In this document: positions 10,739 to 19,265 of the stretch, in pieces
Position numbering within the stretch: the first letter of the stretch is position 1
How the letters are laid out: the number at the start of each line of letters is the position of its first letter
Assembly: GCA_017461545.1 (NCBI GenBank)
Contig: JAFTXP010000017.1
Coordinates: forward strand, 1,008 to 65,007
DNA length: 64,000 nt
Source of the DNA: Clostridia bacterium
GTDB taxonomy: Bacteria > Bacillota > Clostridia > UBA1212
Direction of reading: 5' to 3'
Notes under the pieces: model-generated
Told to the model about the DNA's origin: nothing
The model's input: only the letters and a program-made list of their open reading frames with translations
Databases searched by the model: none
Translations under genes and position numbers: made by a program

Positions 10739-12262
10739 ATGAAAAGAAATAAAATAAAGCGTATATTTGCTTCGATGCTGATGTTATTAGTTCTTGTGCA
10801 GACAGGTTGTAATAAGAACGATAATGATAAAACGGAAAATACTGCGACTGTCGCTGGGGAGAGTTCATCCGTAGTCACACCGGACTTATCGGCTGAGCCT
10901 GTAAATACAGCAGTGTCTACAGAAAACACAGAGAATCATATGTCAACGGATAGTGCTGCAATCGTGCAGACTGCAAAGCCTACAGAATCATTTGAAACTA
11001 ATTTGCCGACGTCTGCGCCAACTGCTTCTGCAACAGCTGTTACGCATAAAGCAACAGCTTCATCTTCCGTAACCGCAACTGCCGCACCTTCTAAGACGGC
11101 AACTGCCGTATCTTCTTCGACAATAACAGCCAAAAAGACTGCGACACCTACAGTTGAAACTCCAAAGGCTACGAGTACACCTGTAGTGACGGATACGCCT
11201 TACGTAGGCGAGGAGATTACAGTTCAGTCGATTATTGATGAAATGACACTTGAAGAGAAAGTTGCCCAGCTTTTTGTCGTAGTTCCTTACGCCCTTACCG
11301 ATATTTCAAATGCGAACGCCGCAAACGAAACGTACAAAAATGTTTTCGACAAATACCCCGTAGGCGGTTTCTGTTATATGGGAAATAGCATTGTTTCCGA
11401 GTCACAAGTTAAAAAAATGATTTCAAAGTCACAGCAGTACAGCTATGACAGAGTAGGTGTTCCTCTGTTTACTTGTATAGACGAAGAGGGCGGAACGGTT
11501 GCGAGAATAGGTAATTCAGGTATTGGTGTTCCGTCTGTGGGAAATATGTGTGATATCGGTGCTTCGGGCGATGTTTCCGCGGCAAAAAATGTCGGAAGTA
11601 CAATAGGCGATTACCTTTCCGAATTTGGTTTTAACGTGGATTTTGCTCCTGTTGCCGATGTTCTCAGCAATCCCGATAATACGGTTGTAAAAAAACGTTC
11701 TTTCGGAAGTGATTCTGAGATTGTTTCCGATATGGCACTTGCAGTAATGAGAGGTCTTGAAGAAAAAGGCGTCTACGGAACTCTTAAACATTTTCCGGGG
11801 CACGGCGCTACCGAGGGTGATACCCATGAGGGGTATGCATATACGTCAAAAACTTTGGAAGAACTTGAAAAATGTGAGCTTATTCCGTTTGCTGACGGTA
11901 TAGAAAGCGGTGCGGATTTTATAATGGTAGGACATATTTCCTTGCCGAACATAATCGGCGACAACACGCCTGCGTCACTGTCTCACAAAATGATTACGGA
12001 GATTTTGCGTGAGAAGATGGGTTATGACGGCATTATAATTACCGATGCGCTTAATATGGGCGCGATTACGAAGCAATATTCTTCTGCCGAGGCCGCTGTC
12101 GCGACGTTACTTGCAGGCTCTGACATGATTTTGATGCCTGATGATTTTGTGAGTGCATATGAGGGTGTACTGGAGGCTGTGTGTGATGGTACGGTCACCG
12201 AGAAACGAATCGACGAGTCTCTTGAAAGAATATTAAAAATCAAGCTCGAGATGATGAATTGA
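10739..12262 (+). CDS. Glycoside hydrolase family 3 lipoprotein (NagZ-like beta-N-acetylhexosaminidase)
   Basis: Lipobox LVLVQTGC, a ~150-aa T/S/A-rich linker, and a GH3 N-domain with EEKVAQLF and KHFPGHGATEGDTHEG. Confidence 0.85.
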   Translation: MKRNKIKRIFASMLMLLVLVQTGCNKNDNDKTENTATVAGESSSVVTPDLSAEPVNTAVSTENTENHMSTDSAAIVQTAKPTESFETNLPTSAPTASATAVTHKATASSSVTATAAPSKTATAVSSSTITAKKTATPTVETPKATSTPVVTDTPYVGEEITVQSIIDEMTLEEKVAQLFVVVPYALTDISNANAANETYKNVFDKYPVGGFCYMGNSIVSESQVKKMISKSQQYSYDRVGVPLFTCIDEEGGTVARIGNSGIGVPSVGNMCDIGASGDVSAAKNVGSTIGDYLSEFGFNVDFAPVADVLSNPDNTVVKKRSFGSDSEIVSDMALAVMRGLEEKGVYGTLKHFPGHGATEGDTHEGYAYTSKTLEELEKCELIPFADGIESGADFIMVGHISLPNIIGDNTPASLSHKMITEILREKMGYDGIIITDALNMGAITKQYSSAEAAVATLLAGSDMILMPDDFVSAYEGVLEAVCDGTVTEKRIDESLERILKIKLEMMN

Positions 12263-12275
12263 CAGCAAAAGTTTG

Positions 12276-12304
12276 TTGCAATGATTTCGACGATAAGGTA
12301 TAAT
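12276..12304 (+). promoter_or_regulatory. Sigma-70-type promoter TTGCAA-17-TATAAT
   Basis: Near-consensus hexamers with a 17-nt spacer, ~60 nt upstream of the NifU-like gene. Confidence 0.6.
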
Positions 12305-12365
12305 CGGAATGTTGTAATTTTTAGTTAAAGAAATTTATAAGATAACGAAAGGGGCTAATGGACAT

Positions 12366-13058
12366 ATGAATTATTCTCGCGAAGTAGAAGAAATGGTATG
12401 TGTAAAGCAGGGCGCAAATCACGGTCCGGCACCGATTCCTGAGGAAGGCAGATGGATAAAAGCTAAAGAAGTCGCTGACATTTCAGGTTATACACACGGT
12501 ATCGGTTGGTGTGCGCCGCAGCAGGGAGCTTGTAAGCTTTCTCTTAATGTTAAAAACGGTATTATCGAAGAGGCTCTTGTAGAGACAATCGGATGCTCGG
12601 GTATGACTCACTCAGCAGCTATGGCAGCTGAAATTCTTCCCGGAAAGACAGTTCTCGAAGCACTCAATACTGACCTCGTTTGCGACGCTATAAATACAGC
12701 TATGCGCGAACTCTTCCTCCAGATTGTTTACGGACGTACACAGTCTGCATTCTCAGAGGACGGTCTTGTAATCGGTGCAGGTATGGAGGATCTCGGTAAG
12801 GGTGCTCGTTCTATGGTTGGTACTATGTACGGTACAAAGGCTAAAGGTGTAAGATACCTCGAAATGACAGAGGGTTACTGCACAAGAATGGCTCTTGATG
12901 AGAACGACAACGTTATCGGTTACGAGTTCGTATCACTCGGAAAGATGACTGACTTTATTAAAAAAGGTATGGAGCCCAACGAAGCTTATGACAAGTCAAA
13001 GGGTACATACGGCAGATTTGCAGACGCGGTAAAATATATTGACCCGCGTAAGGAATAA
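12366..13058 (+). CDS. NifU/IscU-N-like domain protein (partner of GGGtGRT protein)
   Basis: 230 aa. GIGWCAPQQGACKLSLNVKNGIIEEALVETIGCSGMTHSAAMAAE resembles the IscU-type Cys scaffold. Strong C-ending/GGT-rich codon bias. Confidence 0.6.
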   Translation: MNYSREVEEMVCVKQGANHGPAPIPEEGRWIKAKEVADISGYTHGIGWCAPQQGACKLSLNVKNGIIEEALVETIGCSGMTHSAAMAAEILPGKTVLEALNTDLVCDAINTAMRELFLQIVYGRTQSAFSEDGLVIGAGMEDLGKGARSMVGTMYGTKAKGVRYLEMTEGYCTRMALDENDNVIGYEFVSLGKMTDFIKKGMEPNEAYDKSKGTYGRFADAVKYIDPRKE

Positions 13059-13072
13059 GGAGGTATAGTGTC

Positions 13073-14071
13073 ATGAGTTTATTTGAAGGTTATGAGAGAA
13101 GAGTAGACAAAATAAACGCTGTACTTGCCGAGTATGGAATAAAGTCTATTGAAGAATGTAAAGAAATCACTCTTGCTAAAGGTATCGACTGCGATACTAT
13201 CGTAAGAGAGACACAGCCTATCTGCTTTGAAAATGCTATTTGGGCATACACAGTAGGTTGTGCAATCGCTATAAAGAAAGGCGCTACAACAGCCGCAGAA
13301 GCTGCTGCCGCTATCGGTATCGGTCTTCAGGCATTCTGTATCCCCGGTTCTGTTGCTGAAAACCGTAAAGTAGGTCTCGGTCACGGTAACCTCGGCGCAA
13401 TGCTCCTTTCAGAGTCTACAGAGTGCTTCTGCTTCCTCGCAGGCCACGAGTCATTCGCTGCCGCTGAGGGTGCTATAAAAATCGCACTCAACGCAAACAA
13501 AGTAAGAAAACAGCCTCTCCGCGTTATCCTCAACGGTCTCGGAAAGGACGCTGCTCAGATTATTGCCAGAATCAACGGTTTCACATATTGCAAGACTGAA
13601 TTTGATCCGGCTACAGAGGAAGTTAAAGTTACAGAGAAGATTGCTTACTCAAACGGTCCCCGTGCAAACGTAAACTGTTATGGTTCGGACAACGTTCCCG
13701 AAGGTGTTGCTATCATGAAGCTCGAGAATGTAGGCGTATCTATCACAGGTAACTCCACAAACCCGACAAGATTCCAGCACCCCGTTGCAGGTACATATAA
13801 GAAATGGTGTGTAGAGAACGGTGTTAAATACTTCTCAGTTGCTTCAGGCGGCGGTACAGGTCGTACACTTCACCCTGACAACATGGCTGCAGGTCCTTCT
13901 TCATACGGTATGACAGATACTATGGGACGTATGCACTCTGACGCACAGTTTGCAGGTTCTTCATCAGTACCGGCTCACGTTGAGATGATGGGTCTCATCG
14001 GTGCAGGTAACAACCCGATGGTTGGTATGACAGTTGCTTGTGCAGTTGCAGTAGAAGAAGCTTTCAGATAA
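13073..14071 (+). CDS. GGGtGRT family protein (function unknown)
   Basis: Contains the family-defining string VASGGGTGRTLHPDNMAAGPSSYGMTD. 332 aa. Lies 14 nt after the preceding gene. Confidence 0.8.
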   Translation: MSLFEGYERRVDKINAVLAEYGIKSIEECKEITLAKGIDCDTIVRETQPICFENAIWAYTVGCAIAIKKGATTAAEAAAAIGIGLQAFCIPGSVAENRKVGLGHGNLGAMLLSESTECFCFLAGHESFAAAEGAIKIALNANKVRKQPLRVILNGLGKDAAQIIARINGFTYCKTEFDPATEEVKVTEKIAYSNGPRANVNCYGSDNVPEGVAIMKLENVGVSITGNSTNPTRFQHPVAGTYKKWCVENGVKYFSVASGGGTGRTLHPDNMAAGPSSYGMTDTMGRMHSDAQFAGSSSVPAHVEMMGLIGAGNNPMVGMTVACAVAVEEAFR

Positions 14072-14114
14072 TAAATATTATCTGCTCTGTTGATTTTATA
14101 AACGATATAGTAAA

Positions 14115-14150
14115 AGGCAGGATAGGATTAATTTCTATTCTGCCTTTTTT
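14115..14150 (+). terminator. Rho-independent terminator
   Basis: aggcaggatag / ctattctgcct stem (1 mismatch) followed by tttttt. Confidence 0.7.
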
Positions 14151-14294
14151 GTCGAAAAATGTCATAAAAAGTCTATAAGTGCAAGTGTGTAAAATGTTGT
14201 TAAATTAAGCAGAATGTAATATAATGAGAAAGGTTTAGTAATTTCATATAGTATTTTAAATAAATTGTTTTAACTTGAAAGGAGACTTTTAACT

Positions 14295-15644
14295 ATGGGA
14301 CTTATTAAAGCAGGCCTCGGAGCACTCGGGGGAACATTGGCGGATACGTGGAAAGAGTTTTTCTATTGCGATGCACTTCCGGTAGAAGTTCTTGTAAGAA
14401 AAGGACAGAAGCGCATCAGCGGACGCTCTTCAAATACAAAGGCGAGCGACAACATTATTTCAAACGGTTCGGGTATTGCTGTAGCGGACGGACAGTGTAT
14501 GATTATCGTTGAGCAGGGCAAAGTTGTAGATGTTTGTGCGGAGCCCGGTGAGTATACATACGATTCTTCCACAGAGCCAAGTATCTTTGCAGGCAGCCTC
14601 GGAAAGAGCATTATCGATACTTTCAAGACAATCGGTAAGCGTTTCACATACGGCGGCGACACGGGCAAGGATCAGAGAGTTTATTATTTCAATACTAAAG
14701 AGATTATCGGTAATAAATTCGGTACACCGAGCCCGATTATGTTCCTCGTAAAGAATATGGAAGTGGGCTTGACAAGAACGGTTCAGGTAAGATGTAACGG
14801 TATATATGCATATCAGATTACAAACCCGTTGTTGTTCTACACAAAGTATTGCGGAAATGTAGAGGACGAATACAGAAGAGAGGAAATTGACGAGACTCTC
14901 AAAATAGACTTCGTTGATGCTCTTCAGCCGGCACTGGGTGAGCTTTCTGCTATGGGTATTCGCCCTGACGAACTTTCTGCAAAAGCAAGAGAACTTAAGG
15001 CTGCTATGAACAACGCTCTCAGAGCTGAGTGGGTAGAAACACGCGGTATTTCTATAGGAAAGATTGCACTTAACCCGATTACTCTCACTCCTGAGGATAT
15101 GAAAAAGATCAATGAGATTGAAGAAGCCACTTCCTACGGCTCAAATCCTTTTAAGATGGCAGGTCGTATGACGACAGCTACAGCAGATGCGATGGAAACT
15201 GCTGCAGGAAATACTGCCGGCGCTATGACAGGCTTTATGGGCATGGGCATGGCAGGCGGAGCTATGGGCGGCGGATTTAATTCTGCTCAGCAGTTATACA
15301 ACATGGGTGTTCAGCAACAATCGGCACAGCAACCTCAGATTGCACAGCAGCCCGCGATAAATGAGCCTTCCGCACTTGGCAGTTGGAAGTGTTCATGCGG
15401 AGCTGTGGCAGGCGGAAAATTCTGTACAGAATGCGGTGCAAAGAAACCCGAAGCAGATGGCTGGACATGTGCCTGCGGAACTGTAAATAAAGGCAAATTC
15501 TGTGCAGAGTGCGGTGCTAAGAAACCTGCAGGAATACCTCTTTACAAGTGTGACAAGTGCGGCTGGGAGCCGGAGGATCCGAAGAATCCTCCGAAGTTCT
15601 GTCCCGAGTGCGGAGACCGTTTTGATGACGGAGATATAAAATAA
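14295..15644 (+). CDS. SPFH/band-7-like protein (YdjI/'virion core protein'-like) with three C-terminal zinc ribbons
   Basis: N-terminus MGLIKAGLGALGGTLADTWKEFF, typical of COG4260-type proteins. A Q/G/M-rich linker follows. Then CSCG..GKFCTECGAKKP, CACG..GKFCAECGAKKP and CDKCG..KFCPECG. Confidence 0.7.
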   Translation: MGLIKAGLGALGGTLADTWKEFFYCDALPVEVLVRKGQKRISGRSSNTKASDNIISNGSGIAVADGQCMIIVEQGKVVDVCAEPGEYTYDSSTEPSIFAGSLGKSIIDTFKTIGKRFTYGGDTGKDQRVYYFNTKEIIGNKFGTPSPIMFLVKNMEVGLTRTVQVRCNGIYAYQITNPLLFYTKYCGNVEDEYRREEIDETLKIDFVDALQPALGELSAMGIRPDELSAKARELKAAMNNALRAEWVETRGISIGKIALNPITLTPEDMKKINEIEEATSYGSNPFKMAGRMTTATADAMETAAGNTAGAMTGFMGMGMAGGAMGGGFNSAQQLYNMGVQQQSAQQPQIAQQPAINEPSALGSWKCSCGAVAGGKFCTECGAKKPEADGWTCACGTVNKGKFCAECGAKKPAGIPLYKCDKCGWEPEDPKNPPKFCPECGDRFDDGDIK

Positions 15645-15663
15645 TTTGAAATTTTTATGTGAT

Positions 15664-15695
15664 AACGCCGCCGTTTTTTGACGGCGGCGTTTGTT
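15664..15695 (+). terminator. Rho-independent terminator
   Basis: aacgccgccgt / acggcggcgtt stem followed by tgttg. Confidence 0.6.
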
Positions 15696-15723
15696 GAAAT
15701 TTATTTAATCGGAGAATGGTGGA

Positions 15724-16809
15724 ATGAGTGAAATTTTTGCATACAAATGTCCCTGTTGCAACGGAGCATTGGAGTTCAACAGCGATATTCAAAAAGTAAA
15801 ATGTCCGTACTGTGACACTGAGTTTGAAATGGAGACCTTAAAATCCTACGACGATGCTTTAAAAGGCGATGCAGAGGATGATGTGACATGGGAGAACAGT
15901 CCCGGAAAGGAGTGGGCGGAAAATGAGACCGACGGTCTTTGTTCTTTTGTTTGCGATTCGTGCGGCGGAGAGATAATCGGCGATGAAAATACAGCTGCAA
16001 CAAGCTGTCCGTATTGCGACAACCCGGTAATGATGTCGGGAAGATTGTCGGGAGTGTTGAAACCTGATTATGTCATTCCTTTCAAGCTTGACAAAGAAGC
16101 TGCCAAAGCTGCTCTTAAATCGCACCTTAAAGGCAAAAAACTTCTTCCCAAAGTATTTAAGGACGAGAATCACATTGATGAGGTAAAAGGTATCTATGTG
16201 CCTTTTTGGCTTTTTGATGCGGATACAGATGCGAGTATCCGTTACAAGGCAACACGTATAAGGCGATGGTCTGACAGCAATTATAATTATAAGGAGACAA
16301 GTTTTTTTTCAGTTCTGCGTGAGGGCAGTATAGGATTTGAGAGAGTCCCAGTAGACGGCTCCAAAAAGATGGCAGACGACCTTATGGAGTCCATTGAGCC
16401 ATACGATGCGGGCGGCATGGTTGATTTCCAGACTGCATATCTTGCAGGTTACCTTGCAGACAAATACGATGTTGACTCACAGATGTGTATTCCCCGCGCA
16501 AACGAGAGGATAAAACGCAGTACCGAGCAGGCATTTGCTTCTACGGTAAAGGGTTATACAAGCGTTGTTGCCGAACACAGCAGCATAAAAGTGTCAAACG
16601 GCCATGCCAAGTATGCTCTTTATCCGGTGTGGTTACTCAATACCACATGGCAGGGTAAAAAGTACACCTTTGCGATGAACGGTCAGACCGGCAAGTTTGT
16701 AGGCGATTTGCCTCTTGACAAGGCCGCATATCACAGGTGGCTTTGGGGGCTTACAGGTGTATGCTCCGCTGTCATATTTGCACTGTTTTTCCTGTTCTGG
16801 TTGATATAA
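15724..16809 (+). CDS. Double zinc-ribbon protein with C-terminal TM anchor (YdjG-like)
   Basis: CPCCNG...CPYCDTEF and CDSCGG...CPYCDNPV ribbons. C-terminal TM LWGLTGVCSAVIFALFFLFWLI. Confidence 0.6.
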   Translation: MSEIFAYKCPCCNGALEFNSDIQKVKCPYCDTEFEMETLKSYDDALKGDAEDDVTWENSPGKEWAENETDGLCSFVCDSCGGEIIGDENTAATSCPYCDNPVMMSGRLSGVLKPDYVIPFKLDKEAAKAALKSHLKGKKLLPKVFKDENHIDEVKGIYVPFWLFDADTDASIRYKATRIRRWSDSNYNYKETSFFSVLREGSIGFERVPVDGSKKMADDLMESIEPYDAGGMVDFQTAYLAGYLADKYDVDSQMCIPRANERIKRSTEQAFASTVKGYTSVVAEHSSIKVSNGHAKYALYPVWLLNTTWQGKKYTFAMNGQTGKFVGDLPLDKAAYHRWLWGLTGVCSAVIFALFFLFWLI

Positions 16810-16822
16810 AGGGGGCGATACC

Positions 16823-17617
16823 GTGAAGAAACATATAAAGCATATTTTATTATTTATTGTCTGTCTCAGTGTGTCACTGAGTTGCTTTGCGGGCATAGGC
16901 GCTTTTGCCGCTACGGACCCCAGATTGGTTGATGACGCGGATTTGCTTACCGACGAAGAAGAAATTACGTTGACTGCATTGCTTGACAGCGTGAGCGAAG
17001 AAGTCAAGTGTGATGTTGTCATAGTTACTGTAGAAGATATGGGGAACAAAACCGCAGAAGCTTTTGCCGACGATTACATGGATTACAACGGTTACGGATA
17101 TAACGGCGGTGATGATTGCGTACTTCTTGCCGTAGGCATGGCAGAGAGAGAGTATCATTTTTCTACGAGAGGCTTTGCCATTAAAGCTTTTACGGATGAT
17201 GCCATAGACAATGCAAAAGAGTGCCTTGAAGACAATTTGAGCGTAGACGATTATTACGACGCGTTTATTGAATTTACAGAGTTGTCGGAGGAGTATATAG
17301 GCGGTGCTAGGAACGGAAAATTGTACAAGAAACCTTTTTCTGTAATTTCAAGTATTCTTATTTCATCGATACTCGGTTTTATAGTTTCGATTACGTATGT
17401 AAGCATTTTAAAAGCTCAGCTTCAATCCGTAAGGCCTAAATACAACGCAAAAGACTACGAAAAACAGGGAAGTATGAGTATTACAAACAGCAATGATATA
17501 TTCCTGTACAGGACGGTAAGCAAAACCGCACGTCCGAAGGACAGCAGCTCAGGAGGCGGTCGTACGCATCGTTCTTCCTCAGGCAGAAGCCACGGCGGCG
17601 GAGGCGGAAGATTTTGA
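16823..17617 (+). CDS. TPM-domain protein with signal peptide, TM segment and Gly/Ser/Arg-rich tail (YdjH-like)
   Basis: GTG start. Signal-like N-terminus. VDDADLLTDEE...VVIVTVEDMG is the TPM pattern. TM ISSILISSILGFIVSITYV. Tail GGGRTHRSSSGRSHGGGGGRF. Confidence 0.65.
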   Translation: MKKHIKHILLFIVCLSVSLSCFAGIGAFAATDPRLVDDADLLTDEEEITLTALLDSVSEEVKCDVVIVTVEDMGNKTAEAFADDYMDYNGYGYNGGDDCVLLAVGMAEREYHFSTRGFAIKAFTDDAIDNAKECLEDNLSVDDYYDAFIEFTELSEEYIGGARNGKLYKKPFSVISSILISSILGFIVSITYVSILKAQLQSVRPKYNAKDYEKQGSMSITNSNDIFLYRTVSKTARPKDSSSGGGRTHRSSSGRSHGGGGGRF

Positions 17618-17754
17618 CTAAAAAATACCAAAGATAATGTAGGTAAAATATCATGTAGAGGTTGTATGCATATTTTAAAATGCAAAAGCATAGCTATTAA
17701 TGGTGACTGCGATATGGTTGAAATGCTTTTACCTTTGTCTAAGGCAAAAAAAGG

Positions 17755-17783
17755 TTGCATTTTGACATTGTCGTGGGTATAAT
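17755..17783 (+). promoter_or_regulatory. Sigma-70-type promoter TTGCAT-17-TATAAT
   Basis: Hexamers with a 17-nt spacer, 40 nt upstream of the SSB-like gene. Confidence 0.55.
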
Positions 17784-17823
17784 GGCGCAGGTATTTACTT
17801 GACATGCGAAAGGAGATTAGGAT

Positions 17824-18549
17824 ATGGTCAACAGTCAGTGCGAGAGCAACTACGCGACCATTTCGGGTACAATTGCATCAGTTCCGACTTTCAGTCATGA
17901 GGTGTACGGAGAGGGCTTTTATAGTTTATATGTAGATGTAAAACGTCTCAGTAACAGTTTTGACAGAATTCCGGTTATGGTTTCTGACAGATTGGCAGGT
18001 ATTGACGAATACGTAATAGGCGAGTACATAACAGTAGAAGGTCAGTTCCGTTCATATAATTCTGTAGGAGAGAACGGTTCAAAGCTTATGCTTATTGTTT
18101 TTGCTCGTGAAATAGAATTCGGCAGAGACAGTGCAATTGATTTTTCTGAAGATACATCGGATAAGGATATAAATCAGTTTACGGAAGAGCGCCCGGAGGC
18201 ACAGGACAAAAATACGGTAGTTCTAAATGGTTATATTTGCAAACCGCCGATATACAGAACAACGCCTTTTAACAGAGAAATTGCAGATATTCTTCTTGCG
18301 GTAAATAGGTCTTACAACAAATCAGACTATATTCCGTGTATTTCGTGGGGTAGAAATGCCAGATACTGCGGAAAACGAAAAGTCGGTGAAAATGTTAAAG
18401 TTACGGGAAGAATTCAGAGCCGTACATATCAGAAAAAATTCGAAGACGGTACAGTTATAGAAAAAGTTGCATATGAGGTTTCTGTTACAAGACTTGAACT
18501 TTTGAATGCCGAAGCTAAAGAACCTGTAAAAAGTCCCGATGTTCAGTAA
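17824..18549 (+). CDS. Tandem-OB-fold SSB-like protein
   Basis: Two SSB-like halves. Half 1: NYATISGTIAS...YITVEGQFRSYN...LMLIVFAREIEF. Half 2: NTVVLNGYICK...NVKVTGRIQSRTYQKK...AYEVSVTRLELL. An acidic linker joins them. Confidence 0.6.
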   Translation: MVNSQCESNYATISGTIASVPTFSHEVYGEGFYSLYVDVKRLSNSFDRIPVMVSDRLAGIDEYVIGEYITVEGQFRSYNSVGENGSKLMLIVFAREIEFGRDSAIDFSEDTSDKDINQFTEERPEAQDKNTVVLNGYICKPPIYRTTPFNREIADILLAVNRSYNKSDYIPCISWGRNARYCGKRKVGENVKVTGRIQSRTYQKKFEDGTVIEKVAYEVSVTRLELLNAEAKEPVKSPDVQ

Positions 18550-18698
18550 TTTTATTATAAATTTTTTGTGTGATTATCATTTTTTAGAATTATTGCAGAA
18601 AAAATTTTCTCATTGGTATTGTGAAAAATATAATTTTGTAGTATCATACGAGCATAAATAACGATTTAAATAATTTACTAAACAGAGGAGGAATTATC

Positions 18699-19121
18699 AT
18701 GATAAAGGTATTCTACGGAAAGAAAGGCATGGGCAAGACGAAGAATATGCTTGATTGTGCTAACGGTATTGCGAATGAGAGCAGAGGTAATGTTGTTTAT
18801 ATAGATGACAGTAACGAACTTCTTTCCAAGCTTTCGCACAAGATTAGATTTATCAATGTTCTTGATTATCCTAAATTTAACGAAGGTATTTTCGGCGCAG
18901 AAGCTTTCTTAGGTTTCATCTGCGGAGTTGCTTCACAGAACTATGATATTGAGACTTTATTTATAGACGGTCTTACATACATTATAGGTGATGACGCCGG
19001 TGCTCTCGAAAAATTCTTCGAAGGTATCGTAAAAATTACAGACGGTCACAATGTTGATTTTTACATCAGTATAAACGGTGATGAGAATAACATTCCTGCA
19101 TATATTAAAAAATATGTTTGA
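18699..19121 (+). CDS. Small P-loop-like hypothetical protein
   Basis: 140 aa with a Walker-A-like GKKGMGKT at the N-terminus and SD gaggagg upstream. No family recognised. Confidence 0.5.
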   Translation: MIKVFYGKKGMGKTKNMLDCANGIANESRGNVVYIDDSNELLSKLSHKIRFINVLDYPKFNEGIFGAEAFLGFICGVASQNYDIETLFIDGLTYIIGDDAGALEKFFEGIVKITDGHNVDFYISINGDENNIPAYIKKYV

Positions 19122-19265
19122 TAGTAGAAAATTTTTATATTGATTTTATTGACAGCTATGCATTACAAATGTGTAGCTGTTCTTTTTTGTACGAAACATA
19201 AAAATCTGCTATAATAAGTCGAATTATGTATAAATGCTGACAAGCTTTCAGAAAGGAACTTTTAA

